Positions 44,751 through 55,105 of a stretch of 64,000 nt of DNA are shown one piece after another (the first letter of the stretch is position 1; the number at the start of each line of letters is the position of its first letter). The position numbers and the translations under genes are program-made. The stretch is from Candidatus Magasanikbacteria bacterium RIFOXYD1_FULL_40_23 (GTDB lineage Bacteria; Patescibacteriota; Patescibacteriia; Magasanikbacterales; GWA2-37-8). The DNA lies in NCBI GenBank assembly GCA_001783215.1, contig MFRA01000005.1, forward strand, positions 29,845 to 93,844, given 5' to 3'. The notes under the pieces are model-generated. The model made no database searches and was not told the DNA's origin. It saw only the letters and a list, made by a program, of their open reading frames with translations.

Positions 44751-45761
44751 AAATAATGGTGGAATGAGGCCAAATCCCACCAAGCTATTTATTAAATTAA
44801 AAATACCAAAAAATATTACTACTAAGCCGGCAGTTTTGAAAAATATTCCAGACTGCGCTTTTTTGTGGATGCCAAGCGAGCTAAAGCTGAGCAGTGCCAA
44901 AACTGGCAAAGTGCCCAAAGCAAAAGTAAACATTATGAATGCGCCAGTCCAGAAGTTGCCGGTAGTAAGTGTATAAATTTGCATTGATTGAGTAAACCCA
45001 CAAGGCAAGAAAAATGTAGCCACACCCACCAGCATCGGTGTAAGAGTGTGGTTTATATTTTTTAGACTATGTACGCGCTTGCCAATAAAAGTAGGCATTG
45101 CCGGTTGAAGTTTTTTTACCCAAGGAAAAATATCCAAAAGATTAATACCTAGAATTAAAAGCACAGATGCTACTAGCAGGTTGAGTATAAATGTGCCGGC
45201 GATACCTAGTTGAAAAGTAGAGCCAAGCGCGCCCACCACCCCGCCTAGAATAAAAAATGAAGCCAAGCGGCCCACATGAAAAAGTATTTGTGGTTTGGTT
45301 TTGTCTCCTTCTTTGGCAAAGTTGGCTGACATAGACAACACTAGTCCGCCCACTATAGCCATACAGGTAGAAACAGAAGCGATTAAGCCTATTACAAAAG
45401 CTGTGCCATAACTAACTTCGGAAGCGGTAACTAGGTTTACGATCCCCATTTTTTGTAGGGCAATAAATACAACTATAAATCCAGCCGCAATTGGTATAGC
45501 TTTATAAAAATCAGACCAGTTAATTATTTTGGTTTCTTTTTCTAAAGATAAAGTATATCCGTGCGGTTGTAGAGTCGTAGATAGTTCTGCAGCGATTTGT
45601 TCATTTGTTTTTTCGCCAAATTCTCCGGTAACCTCTACGCTTAAATCTGGTAAGCAAGCCTTTACTTGTTTAACTTGAGGCAAATCGCCTAGCTCGCTTT
45701 CTGTAAGCACTACGCACGAGTTGCAGTGCATACCGTTTACATGAAATTTATATGTTTGCAT
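44742..45761 (-). CDS. N-terminal heavy-metal-associated (HMA) domain fused to a DsbD_2/CcdA-like polytopic membrane domain
   Basis: GMHCNSC (HMA). Membrane Cys pair VSTCMAIVGG / FFLPCGFT. Confidence 0.55.
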   Translation of the reverse strand: MQTYKFHVNGMHCNSCVVLTESELGDLPQVKQVKACLPDLSVEVTGEFGEKTNEQIAAELSTTLQPHGYTLSLEKETKIINWSDFYKAIPIAAGFIVVFIALQKMGIVNLVTASEVSYGTAFVIGLIASVSTCMAIVGGLVLSMSANFAKEGDKTKPQILFHVGRLASFFILGGVVGALGSTFQLGIAGTFILNLLVASVLLILGINLLDIFPWVKKLQPAMPTFIGKRVHSLKNINHTLTPMLVGVATFFLPCGFTQSMQIYTLTTGNFWTGAFIMFTFALGTLPVLALLSFSSLGIHKKAQSGIFFKTAGLVVIFFGIFNLINSLVGFGLIPPLFNF

Positions 45762-45768
45762 ATTGTTT

Positions 45769-45840
45769 TGTCATCCTGAACGGAGTGAAGGATCCCTTAC
45801 ACCCAAATGAGAGGGATTCTTCGCTTTGCTCAGAATGACA
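45769..45840. repeat. inverted pair of GTCATYCTGA...GGATC units (family R) between copA and the HMA-DsbD_2 gene
   Basis: TGTCATCCTGAACGGAGTGAAGGATCCCT ... GAGGGATTCTTCGCTTTGCTCAGAATGACA. Confidence 0.6.
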
Positions 45841-45907
45841 GTTAAAGTTAATTTTTAAATCGATTTATCTACTACATAGTGTAGTAGCAATAATTATGTT
45901 TGTCAAC

Positions 45908-48241
45908 CTAAAGTTTTTTAGTTTTAATTCGTAAAGAATTTCCTACTACTGATACACTAGATAAAGCCATAGCTAATCCGGCAAAAATAGGGTTGAGCAA
46001 CCAGCCAAACAGTGGGTAGAATACTCCAGCGGCCAGTGGTATGCCAACTATATTGTATATAAACGCCCAGAAAAGATTTTGTTTTATTCCGCGCATTGTC
46101 ATTTTGGAAAGTTTGATTGCTTTGACTAGTTTGGATATATCTCCGCCAAGCAGAGTGATGCCGGCAGATTCTATGGCCACATCTGTGCCTGTGCCCATGG
46201 CAATGCCTACGTCGGCTTGAGCCAGTGCTGGCGCATCGTTTACTCCATCTCCGGCCATAGCTACCACTTTGCCTTGTGTTTGTAGCTCTTTTATTTTTAT
46301 CAGTTTGTCTTGTGGCAAAACATGTGCCATTACATCATCAATATCAACTAGAGAGGCAATATAGTTGGCGGCTCTTTGGTCATCACCTGTAACCATTACC
46401 ACTTTAATTCCTAATTTATGAAGATCATTTACTGCTTGTTTTGATTCTGCTTTTATTTCATCAGCCACCATTACAAATCCGAGCACTTTTTCTTTGGTAG
46501 CCAAAATTACCGGAGTTTTTCCTTGGGCAGTAAATTGTTCAATTTTTGTAGAATCAAAAGTTATGCCAAGATCTTGGATAAGTTTTGTGTTGCCGGCAAA
46601 ATATTGTATTTCGTCTACCAAACCTGTAACCCCCTTGCCTTGAAGTCCTTCAAAATCGTGAACATCTTTGGTGTCAATATTTTTTTCTGTTGTGTAATTT
46701 ACAATTGCGTGCGCAATTGGGTGTTCTGATTTTTTTTCGAGTGATGCCAGAATAGAAACAAGCTCGGCATCTTTTAGGTCTGATAAATTTTGAATATCAA
46801 CCAACGTTGGTTTGCCGATAGTAATTGTGCCGGTTTTATCTACAACTACAGTGTTTACTTTGTGAAGCTTTTCCAAGGTAGCCGCATCTTTTATTAAAAT
46901 TCCAGCGCGCGCGCCTTTGCCTACTCCAACTATAATAGCGGTCGGTGTAGCCAGTCCAAGTGCACAAGGGCAAGCGATAACAAGTACGCCGACAAAAGAT
47001 ACTAAACCGTATGATAATGCTTGAGAAAATCCAAGTGGGCCAGTACCAAATATAAGCCAAGCACCCAAGGATAAGACAGAAATAACAAGAACTATAGGAA
47101 CAAAGACGCTAGATATTTTGTCGGCCAGAGCTTGAATAGGTGCTTTGCTTCCTTGCGCATCTTCTACCATTTTTATTATTTGAGCTAGTAGAGTTTCGGA
47201 TCCTACTTTGGTAGCTTTAAAAGTAAATGACCCGCTTGTATTTATAGTGCCCGACACTACATTGTCGCCAACTTTTTTTTGCGCAGGCATTGGCTCGCCT
47301 GTTACCATTGATTCGTCTACAAAAGAAGCGCCTTCGGTAATAGTGCCATCTACCGGGATTTTTGTACCCGGTTTTACAATAATTAAATCACCGTGTTTTA
47401 CATTGTTTACGGGTACTTCTATTTCTTTACCGTCGCGAATAACCAAAGCTGTTTTGGCCTGCAAGTTAAGAAGTTTTTCTATTGCATCTCCGGTTTTTAT
47501 TTTTGATTTTGCTTCCAAATATTTACCAAAAGCTATAAATGCTATAACTATGATAGTCACATCATAATAAGTATTCTCAACATTTATATAAGGGCTTAAT
47601 CCTTTTTCGAAAGCAGTTACAGCAAAACTATATAAAAAAGCTACTGAAGTGCCAATACCAATCAAAGTGTCCATGTTGGCTTTGCCATAGCGTAAGAACC
47701 TATAAAATCCCAAGAGGTACGGCTTTCCTACTACAAATAACATGTAAGTAGCAATCAGAGGTAGTAAGTGATGAAAAAATTCCATTAGCGTTTCGTTGGG
47801 TGCGGCAATATATTTTAGTTCGGAAAAAATATCCCAACTCATGATAAAAGCGCTTAGTATGGTTAGCGGTATAGAAATTAAAACCATAGTTTGCATGTTG
47901 GCTATTTCGGCTAGCTTTTCTTTTTTTGATTGGTTCAATCCCAAGTGGGCAGCGTGCTCATCTGCAGACATTCCCATTTCTTCGGCTGACATGTCTTTAT
48001 GTTTGATTGGCATGCTCATTTCTTCATTTTCAGGTATAGAAAGCGTATATCCGAGGTGTTCTATTTTTTTGGAAAGATCGTGGGCGCTAGTTTTATTTTC
48101 ATCAAAAGAAATTTTGGTTGTTTCGGTACCATAGTTTACTTCGGCCGAGTGTACTCCTTCGGTTTTTTTGAAAGTTTTTTCTATAATGCCGGCGCAAGAG
48201 GCGCAATGCATTCCTTTTACCCGATAGGTCTGGCTTTGCAT
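45908..48241 (-). CDS. copA: copper-translocating P1B-type ATPase
   Basis: [17 protein letters not shown] motif [11 protein letters not shown], phosphorylation site DKTGTIT, and [10 protein letters not shown]. Confidence 0.92.
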   Translation of the reverse strand: MQSQTYRVKGMHCASCAGIIEKTFKKTEGVHSAEVNYGTETTKISFDENKTSAHDLSKKIEHLGYTLSIPENEEMSMPIKHKDMSAEEMGMSADEHAAHLGLNQSKKEKLAEIANMQTMVLISIPLTILSAFIMSWDIFSELKYIAAPNETLMEFFHHLLPLIATYMLFVVGKPYLLGFYRFLRYGKANMDTLIGIGTSVAFLYSFAVTAFEKGLSPYINVENTYYDVTIIVIAFIAFGKYLEAKSKIKTGDAIEKLLNLQAKTALVIRDGKEIEVPVNNVKHGDLIIVKPGTKIPVDGTITEGASFVDESMVTGEPMPAQKKVGDNVVSGTINTSGSFTFKATKVGSETLLAQIIKMVEDAQGSKAPIQALADKISSVFVPIVLVISVLSLGAWLIFGTGPLGFSQALSYGLVSFVGVLVIACPCALGLATPTAIIVGVGKGARAGILIKDAATLEKLHKVNTVVVDKTGTITIGKPTLVDIQNLSDLKDAELVSILASLEKKSEHPIAHAIVNYTTEKNIDTKDVHDFEGLQGKGVTGLVDEIQYFAGNTKLIQDLGITFDSTKIEQFTAQGKTPVILATKEKVLGFVMVADEIKAESKQAVNDLHKLGIKVVMVTGDDQRAANYIASLVDIDDVMAHVLPQDKLIKIKELQTQGKVVAMAGDGVNDAPALAQADVGIAMGTGTDVAIESAGITLLGGDISKLVKAIKLSKMTMRGIKQNLFWAFIYNIVGIPLAAGVFYPLFGWLLNPIFAGLAMALSSVSVVGNSLRIKTKKL

Positions 48242-48248
48242 ATATTTT

Positions 48249-48515
48249 TTATTTACGTTTTAATTTATACACCTTAAGAATTTCTTGTTTGGCTTTGTCG
48301 GTTTGGCCGGATTTTATTTGGTTTATAATACAACCACCCAAGTGGTTTTCTAAGAGTAAATCTTCTACATTTGAGAGGGCTTGTTTAGCTGCTGAGGTTT
48401 GAGTAATTACATCTATACAGTAAATATCGCCCGCAACCATTTTTTGCAGGCCACGAATTTGACCTTCTATTAGTTTAAGGCGGCGCATTATTTTGGGTTT
48501 ATTTTTATTATGCAT
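48249..48515 (-). CDS. csoR: CsoR/RcnR-family copper-sensing repressor
   Basis: 88 aa. [13 protein letters not shown], then Cys ... H-x3-C (DIYCID...ENHLGGC) matching the CsoR Cu(I) ligand spacing. Confidence 0.8.
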   Translation of the reverse strand: MHNKNKPKIMRRLKLIEGQIRGLQKMVAGDIYCIDVITQTSAAKQALSNVEDLLLENHLGGCIINQIKSGQTDKAKQEILKVYKLKRK

Positions 48516-48538
48516 ATATTTTTATAATATACCATATG

Positions 48539-48555
48539 ATACCCTATGGGGGTAT
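48539..48555. promoter_or_regulatory. CsoR-type operator ATACCCTATGGGGGTAT overlapping the csoR-copA promoter
   Basis: GC-rich pseudo-palindrome TACCC-N5-GGGTA, 24-40 nt upstream of the csoR ATG. Resembles characterised CsoR operators. Confidence 0.6.
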
Positions 48556-48570
48556 TGTTAACAAGTCTTT

Positions 48571-48612
48571 ATAATAGGATGAGATTATTTATAAATAATC
48601 TCATCCTATTAT
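48571..48612. repeat. 42-bp perfect palindrome (ATAATAGGATGAGATTATTTA | TAAATAATCTCATCCTATTAT)
   Basis: Every position pairs with its partner. Sits between the Met-rich gene 3' end and the csoR promoter. Confidence 0.8.
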
Positions 48613-48630
48613 CGTATTTCGTAAAAATTA

Positions 48631-48969
48631 TTATTTACTCATCATATTTTTCATTGTCCCGCTGCTTTCTGATGCTTTTATATTTTCTTTCATATATTTT
48701 TCTCCCATCATTTCCATATCTTTTCCTTTGGAAACAGCCCCATCATTTTTTAATTCCATTCCCATTTCTTGCATCATTGAGCCGCCTGTTTTCATCATAG
48801 TAGCCATTGTTTGAATAGAGGCTGATTGTTCTTTCATCATGGCAATTGAATCCTGCAGCTCTTTGGTTTGAGCGCTATTATTATTTATATTTTTTCCAGA
48901 TGAATAACCAATGCCTCCGCCAACAGCGAGGGCAATAATTATTCCGATGGTGAATGTTGTAGTTTTCAT
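48631..48969 (-). CDS. Met-rich secreted protein (putative periplasmic Cu(I)-binding, MxM/MMxxM motifs)
   Basis: Signal peptide, then MMKEQSASIQTMATMMKTGGSMMQEMGME...MEMMGEKYM...MKNMMSK. Confidence 0.45.
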   Translation of the reverse strand: MKTTTFTIGIIIALAVGGGIGYSSGKNINNNSAQTKELQDSIAMMKEQSASIQTMATMMKTGGSMMQEMGMELKNDGAVSKGKDMEMMGEKYMKENIKASESSGTMKNMMSK

Positions 48970-49043
48970 ATGTGAAATGAGTGAATATAAAGTTAAATGT
49001 TTTTAACTTTATATGAGCGAATAAGTATATACCTTAGTATATT
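48970..49043 (-). promoter_or_regulatory. leader element D in front of the Met-rich protein gene
   Basis: Gene-sense: AGGTATATACTTATTCGCTCATATAAAGTTAAAAACATTTAACTTTATATTCACTCATTTCACATATG. Confidence 0.55.
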
Positions 49044-49056
49044 TAAGATAAGTTAA

Positions 49057-49278
49057 TTAAATAATTTTTCCTTGCTTTTCAAGCATCATATGATGAATCG
49101 TGCTGACTGCAAGCCAAATAGCGATTAGGATAAGAATGCCAGAGCAAAGCAGGGCATCTATTTTTGTAATTCCAAAAACGAGATTATCGCCTCCGCCAAG
49201 AATTGCCGTTGTAAATGTTATGATTCCGGTAGTTCCTACTACGACACTTGCAACGTGCATTAATTTTGATAGTTTCAT
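49057..49278 (-). CDS. small two-TM membrane protein, hypothetical
   Basis: 73 aa, downstream of the RND pump gene. Confidence 0.35.
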   Translation of the reverse strand: MKLSKLMHVASVVVGTTGIITFTTAILGGGDNLVFGITKIDALLCSGILILIAIWLAVSTIHHMMLEKQGKII

Positions 49279-49374
49279 ATGTGTGAATATATGTATTAAA
49301 TATTTAACTTCCGATTGTTGAGTGTAATTATATTACATATTTTATGGATTAATTAGTAAGTTTGAATCTTGTTA

Positions 49375-52300
49375 TTAAAACCCGGATGCCCCTGTTTCTT
49401 TATTTTGATTTTGCAATGCAGTTTTTTTGCCGAAACGATAGAATAATGCAGGTGTTAAGAATAAAGAAATGATAGTAGAAGAAATAAGTCCCCCAAATAT
49501 TACAACTGCCAATGGGTTAAGCATTTCTTTGCCCGGTTCTCCACCGGAAATGATAAGTGGGATAAGCGCAAGTGCAGCTACAAGCGATGTCATAAGTACT
49601 GGCACTACACGATCGAGGGTGGCTTTTACGATTGTTTCTGGCTCAAATGGTAATCCTTCTTTTTGTACTAGTGCTAAACTGCGTCCAATTAGCATGATTC
49701 CATTTCTAGAAACAATTCCAGCAAGTGAAATAAAACCAACCAAGTGCGCTAGACTTACGGATCCGCCGGTTAGCCAGACGCCAATCATTCCGCCTATTAA
49801 CACTGTGGGGATATTGGTCATTACCAAAAGTACAATTGGAATTGATCTAAAAGCATGGTACAACACGCCAAATATCATAATCATCCCGATAATAAACACT
49901 AGTGCCAGTCGCTGGGAATTTTCTTTTTGGCTTTTATAATTACCTTCAAAAGAAAGAGTTATTCCGGTAGGTAGTTTTTGGGACTCAAGTGCAGTTTTGG
50001 CTCTGCCAACAGCCCCAACCACATCTGTGCCCTGATAATTGGCAGAAACTACTAATACTCGTTTTCCTCCTTCATGGTTTTGGCTATTGCGGCCGCCTTC
50101 AACCAGAATATCTCCTACGCTTCCCAACGACGGCGCACCCATAAAAGGAAGCGATAAATCCCGTAATGATGCCATTGTGCCTTTTGATTCCGCGTCATAG
50201 CGTGCGATAACATCAACCGAAGCGGGGCCTAGACGGACTTGTCCTAAATTATCTCCCATAATTCCCATTGCCAAATCATTGGCAACTTCGCCGGGAGATA
50301 ATGCATATTCGGCTAAACGATTTCTATCAACATAAATACGAAATTCCGGTACAATGGTATTTTGCTGAATGCGTGGATTATCAATCCCCGGTTGTTTTTG
50401 CAGTTCGGCTAATACTTGTTTGGCCGCATGTTCCATATTTTCCGGATCATCACCAAATATTTTTACTACAATCGGCGATCGTACGCCCGATAGTAGCATT
50501 TCAACACGGTGTGTAATTGGCTGCCCCAAACTAAAGTCTGCGCCGCCAAACCGGTCAAGCACCGCTTGAATATCCTCGAGAATTTGATCGCGCTCACCCT
50601 CAAATTCTGGTTTAAGTGCAATCTGAACTTCGCTTGAATTTGCACTGCCTCCATGAGGGTCAGCCGATGCTCGTCCAGCAATATTACTTACTTGGCGCAC
50701 TCCTTCTACTTGCAGAATAGCCTTTTCAAGCTTGGCCATATAATCATTCGTTGTAGAAAGCGCCGTACCTGGCGGTAAGAAAACCATAGCCACCATTGAT
50801 CCTTCGTTAAATGGCGGAATTCCCTCTTTACCGGCAAAGAAATACATGCCTACGGTAAGAAAAAGCGCAACAATTGTAACACCAGTAATGATTTTTACAT
50901 TAATGATGCACCAGTTAATCCAAGGCGTTATATACTCCTTAATTTTTTGTACAACTTTAGTCTCCTTTTCATGCTTGGCTAGTGACTTGTCATTTAGCAG
51001 TAGTGCGGACAAAACCGGTGTTACTGTAAGTGATATTGCCATGGATGCAAAAAGAGATACAAGATAGGCAGAACCAAGAGCTATAAGCAAACGCCCTTCA
51101 ATTCCTGGCATAAAGAATATGGGTAAAAATACTACCGCGACAAGTATTGTTGCATATACGATTGAATTACGAACTTCTTGTGAAGCCAGTAAAACAACAT
51201 GTTCGCGATTTTCTTTTTTACCACCCAGCATCCACAAACGTAGACGACGAAAAATATTTTCCACATCAACAATTGCATCATCAACAAGTTCTCCCACTGC
51301 CACCGCGATACCGCCCAAGGTCATCACATTTACCGAAAGATCAAAAGCTTTAAATATGATAGCTGTGGCTAAAATAGATAGAGGAATTGCTGTTAGCGTA
51401 ATCATCGTCATTCTCATATTCATTAGAAATATAATGAGAACTAAAATGACAAGGACAGTACCGTCTAGAAGTGCTCGCTCTACATTGCTTAATCCGGCGC
51501 GAATGAAATTTTCTTGGCGGAAAAGATCTGGATGAAGCTCTACTCCGTTAGGAAGACTGGCCGAAAGGGAGTTGAATGTTTTATTGATTGCATCCGTAAC
51601 AGCAAGAGTTTGCGCATCTGGCTGGCGAATGATGCGTAAAATGACACCCTCTTTACCATCAATTGCTCCGCTGCCGCGAATAATACTCGCTCCTTCCACA
51701 ACCGATGCAATATCACCAAGTCGAAGTGGGCGTCCATCCATAATATTGCGTCCGATAGAAATATCTTCCAATTGCGAAGCTTCAGTTGGTGCGGTAAGAA
51801 TACGGATTACATATTCTTTTTCGTTCTCAGTAAGAAGACCACCGCTTTTATTCGTCAAAGTGTTTTCCACACTTTTGCGAACATCATCAATCATGATTCC
51901 ATAACGACGCATGCGTTCGGCATTAATATTTATCTGCCACTCACGCACATCACCGCCCATGACAAACACATTTGCGACTCCTGGCATTTTGAGCAGCGCG
52001 GGACGAATGGTCCAATCTGCAAGCGTTCGTAGTTCCATCGGAGTAATTTTTGCATCGGATGCTGTTATTCCAATCCAGGCGATTTCGCCCAAAAGAGATG
52101 TTGCCGGACCAAGAGTTGGCCTTACACCAAATGGCAACACTGCTTGTGTTAAACGTTCTTGCACTACTTGTCTGTTTCGCAATGTATCGCTCCCCCAAGC
52201 AAACTCCATATTAACGGTGGCTTGCGCGAATGAAGCGCTGCTTCGTATGCGATCAACTCCTGGCGCGCCCGCAACTGCCGCTTCTATTGGATTAAGAATG

Positions 52301-52491
52301 AGCCGCTCCACTTCTTCGGCCGCCATGCCTGGACTTTCCGCAAAGATGGTAACGGTTGGTTTATTTATATCTGGAAGAATATCCACTTTCATTGTGGCCA
52401 CGCTCCATAGACCTGTTATCGTCATAATTCCGGCCAGAACAAGTACGGTAATTTTATTTCCTAGAGCCCAAGATATTATCTTGTTAAACAT
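49375..52491 (-). CDS. cusA: HME-family RND efflux permease (CusA/CzcA-like)
   Basis: 1038 aa, 12-TM RND architecture. N-terminus MFNKIISWALGNKITVLVLAGIMTITGLWSVATMKVDILPDINKPTV. Confidence 0.85.
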   Translation of the reverse strand: MFNKIISWALGNKITVLVLAGIMTITGLWSVATMKVDILPDINKPTVTIFAESPGMAAEEVERLILNPIEAAVAGAPGVDRIRSSASFAQATVNMEFAWGSDTLRNRQVVQERLTQAVLPFGVRPTLGPATSLLGEIAWIGITASDAKITPMELRTLADWTIRPALLKMPGVANVFVMGGDVREWQININAERMRRYGIMIDDVRKSVENTLTNKSGGLLTENEKEYVIRILTAPTEASQLEDISIGRNIMDGRPLRLGDIASVVEGASIIRGSGAIDGKEGVILRIIRQPDAQTLAVTDAINKTFNSLSASLPNGVELHPDLFRQENFIRAGLSNVERALLDGTVLVILVLIIFLMNMRMTMITLTAIPLSILATAIIFKAFDLSVNVMTLGGIAVAVGELVDDAIVDVENIFRRLRLWMLGGKKENREHVVLLASQEVRNSIVYATILVAVVFLPIFFMPGIEGRLLIALGSAYLVSLFASMAISLTVTPVLSALLLNDKSLAKHEKETKVVQKIKEYITPWINWCIINVKIITGVTIVALFLTVGMYFFAGKEGIPPFNEGSMVAMVFLPPGTALSTTNDYMAKLEKAILQVEGVRQVSNIAGRASADPHGGSANSSEVQIALKPEFEGERDQILEDIQAVLDRFGGADFSLGQPITHRVEMLLSGVRSPIVVKIFGDDPENMEHAAKQVLAELQKQPGIDNPRIQQNTIVPEFRIYVDRNRLAEYALSPGEVANDLAMGIMGDNLGQVRLGPASVDVIARYDAESKGTMASLRDLSLPFMGAPSLGSVGDILVEGGRNSQNHEGGKRVLVVSANYQGTDVVGAVGRAKTALESQKLPTGITLSFEGNYKSQKENSQRLALVFIIGMIMIFGVLYHAFRSIPIVLLVMTNIPTVLIGGMIGVWLTGGSVSLAHLVGFISLAGIVSRNGIMLIGRSLALVQKEGLPFEPETIVKATLDRVVPVLMTSLVAALALIPLIISGGEPGKEMLNPLAVVIFGGLISSTIISLFLTPALFYRFGKKTALQNQNKETGASGF

Positions 52492-52501
52492 ATAACTTTA
52501 A

Positions 52502-54259
52502 TTACATTTCCATTCCACCCATATCTTTATCCTTGCCCGACTTAGCAGGAGTAGAACCGGCGCCCTCTTTTGGAGCAGTTTTTATAAGATCATCAAGAAA
52601 CATATTTTCTTTTATTTCCGGTGTGGGATTTTGTATATAACGGTCACCATTCTTAAGTCCGGCATATACTTCCACCACAGCTCCGAGAGTGCGGCCAATG
52701 GTTATTTCTTGCGCAAATATTCTATCGGCTTCTGATATTGCCCATACTACCGGTGTTCCTTTTTCGTTCCAAAGAATTGAGGAATATTTAATTAACTCAA
52801 CAGCAGAGCTAGAAGGAGAAAGTACTCTTATAGAGGATCCCACGGGCCATTTTGTTGATTCTATAAAAATAGCATCAGCCATATATGAACCATCATCAAG
52901 AGAACTACCCACGCCTACAAGCCGTACCTTTTTTATATCGGTTCCAAAACCGGGACGAACGATAGAAAGCAGCTCTCCGATTTTTGGTTTTTGTATATTA
53001 TTTGGCATGCTTATTCTTACTAGTTCATTGCCATTATCATTTGCAGTTACAGTAGCTACTGGCATGCCCGGACCCACAAACTCACCTGGTTTTTTCATAA
53101 TACTAGATATGACACCGCTATTTGGCGCAACTATGGAGTAGCCGCCGCTGATTGAGCCCCTAACACTCGCATAAGCTGTTTCATTGGCGACGACATCTCC
53201 TTCCGACATGGCTAATTCTTTTTCTAACTCGGCAATCATTGCGTCTATCTCAGCCAAGGTATCAATGGATTCTCTTTGTGTATTAACACTTTCCAGTTCC
53301 ATGCTTTTAATTTCACCAAGCATGGCGACAAATTCTGACTGATCTTCAACCAGCATTTTTTTGAGTGTTTCCAGATCGGCTTCCATTAATGTTTCCATAT
53401 CAGCAATAGATGCGTTTGCAAGTTTAATTGCGCTATCAAAGTATAGAGATCCCGAGCGCTCTATTTCTTTTAGATCAAACAATGCCTTGTAAGTAATGTT
53501 GGGGAAATTATTACGCAAATTTTGATCTAAGATTCCGAATGTAGGTTTAAGTGGGATGCTAAAAAATAATCCGGCGGAGGGAATTCTACTTTGGCCATAC
53601 ATCATCGAAAAAGTTTTTGTGATTGATCCATTCAAAACCACTTGCGCCAATTTCTTTTTTGATTCAATTGAAGATAGCAAAATATTTCCGCTTGCGGACG
53701 TGTTTGATCCGATTAAGCCTATTTTTTGTTTATTTGAGCTTTCTGTATCTATACGAAGCTTTTGCAGTTGTGCAATTCTTTTGGCTGTATAAGTGCGTAG
53801 AGCCTCTACGCTCGTACGTGCTTCGGATAACATCTGAGATTTTTCCGAGAGCATGCTTACCATCTCCGGTGTTTGTGGCGGTCGTGAAAGTTTTCCGATA
53901 ATTTGACCTGCGGTGACGCGCTCGCCAATACGCACATACCACCTAGAGATAGTTCCCTCACGATCGGGTTGCACCTGTAAATTATTAAGAGAAATAATTT
54001 CTCCGGGCCATGAATTGTTTGAGGTGCCAGTAATTGAAAAATCCTCTTTTCCAACTATGGCTACTACTGGGCTGTCTGTAATTAGGTTGCTACTAGCAGA
54101 TTTACTATCTGCTATATTTGCTGATGCGCTTTTGCTTATAGAATAGAAAGCAAAGACCCCGGTAGCTATAACTAGCAAGATTGAAACAGATGCTATTGTA
54201 AGCGCCCGTTTTTCTAGCAGCTTAACACTCTGTATTAGGTTTTTTATTTTTTCTTTCAT
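52502..54259 (-). CDS. cusB: RND periplasmic adaptor (membrane fusion protein, CusB-like) with a Met-rich C-terminus
   Basis: N-terminal TM, biotinyl/lipoyl-like GEIISLN...GQIIGKL, C-terminal ...KDMGGMEM. Confidence 0.7.
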   Translation of the reverse strand: MKEKIKNLIQSVKLLEKRALTIASVSILLVIATGVFAFYSISKSASANIADSKSASSNLITDSPVVAIVGKEDFSITGTSNNSWPGEIISLNNLQVQPDREGTISRWYVRIGERVTAGQIIGKLSRPPQTPEMVSMLSEKSQMLSEARTSVEALRTYTAKRIAQLQKLRIDTESSNKQKIGLIGSNTSASGNILLSSIESKKKLAQVVLNGSITKTFSMMYGQSRIPSAGLFFSIPLKPTFGILDQNLRNNFPNITYKALFDLKEIERSGSLYFDSAIKLANASIADMETLMEADLETLKKMLVEDQSEFVAMLGEIKSMELESVNTQRESIDTLAEIDAMIAELEKELAMSEGDVVANETAYASVRGSISGGYSIVAPNSGVISSIMKKPGEFVGPGMPVATVTANDNGNELVRISMPNNIQKPKIGELLSIVRPGFGTDIKKVRLVGVGSSLDDGSYMADAIFIESTKWPVGSSIRVLSPSSSAVELIKYSSILWNEKGTPVVWAISEADRIFAQEITIGRTLGAVVEVYAGLKNGDRYIQNPTPEIKENMFLDDLIKTAPKEGAGSTPAKSGKDKDMGGMEM

Positions 54260-54372
54260 AATCGAAGTGAGTGAATTAAATAATGTAGGAGAAAATAATG
54301 AGCTTGCTCAATTATTTTCGAGTGGATTATTTATGAGCGAATGAGATTATATGGGCCTTAGCCTCTATAAAT
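54260..54372 (-). promoter_or_regulatory. leader element E (perfect TATAAT / Box1 CTCATTCGCTC / long hairpin / Box2 CACTCACTTCG / attATG) in front of cusBA
   Basis: Gene-sense: TATAGAGGCTAAGGCCCATATAATCTCATTCGCTCATAAATAATCCACTCGAAAATAATTGAGCAAGCTCATTATTTTCTCCTACATTATTTAATTCACTCACTTCGATTATG. Confidence 0.6.
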
Positions 54373-54452
54373 AAATGAATAAGTAAAATTAGCAATATAA
54401 AAAAATCCCTTAGCGGGGATTTGAAAGACATAGCTTTTTATAAAGCAAGCAG

Positions 54453-54914
54453 CTATGTCTTATATGAAAAAGAAGGGCTGTTTTCAAAAAGTGCCAGCCA
54501 CTTGGTTATGTTATTTAGTTTACATGAAGGCGGCCATTGTTTTATGCGATGTTTGGCCAAAAAAGATAAGTACAAATTTAGTTTTAAGAGCATCTGTCTG
54601 CCAAATAACCAAAAAAGAATTGAGAACGTAATAGTTAGTAACATTACTAGTAAAATACTTTTTGAGAAAAGAATATTAGAAAAAGTTTGGTAAGCAGAAA
54701 TATGGTGTATCGTTACCGCTAAAGTGTTTGTAGGGCAAAACTCATTACCTGGTAGAGAAAAGGGGCATTTACTAGTCATGTATTGGTTAGTGTCCATGCT
54801 CATATCCATCATAAAGATAAGCCCAAAAATAACTACCCCAATAAAAATTACAGAGGTAAAAATGGATGTAAGTTTAATTTTTAGTTTTTTATTTATCATA
54901 TCTAAATTAAGCAT
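54453..54914 (-). CDS. hypothetical polytopic membrane protein at the head of the copper island
   Basis: 153 aa, TM-rich. A CsoR-type operator overlaps its annotated start; the real start may be the internal Met at 54899. Confidence 0.4.
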   Translation of the reverse strand: MLNLDMINKKLKIKLTSIFTSVIFIGVVIFGLIFMMDMSMDTNQYMTSKCPFSLPGNEFCPTNTLAVTIHHISAYQTFSNILFSKSILLVMLLTITFSILFWLFGRQMLLKLNLYLSFLAKHRIKQWPPSCKLNNITKWLALFENSPSFSYKT

Positions 54915-54934
54915 ATACCCCCAGGGGGGTATAT
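54913..54934. promoter_or_regulatory. second CsoR-type operator ATATACCCCC-AG-GGGGGTATAT (10-bp perfect arms)
   Basis: Perfect inverted repeat at the 5' end of the membrane-protein gene. Same TACCC/GGGTA core as the csoR operator. Confidence 0.55.
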
Positions 54935-55105
54935 GTCAAGTGTGGATAAATATATAAATAAAAAACAACTCCGTTAGGAATTGTTTTTTAAATTTGTAAT
55001 TTCATGGAGGAGGCATTAGTGGAGCCAATTGTTTAGCTTAACTAATGCGCGCTCCTCCATGAATGTATCTGTTAGAGCGCGCCGACAACTGTGTCGGGTG
55101 GCGTT

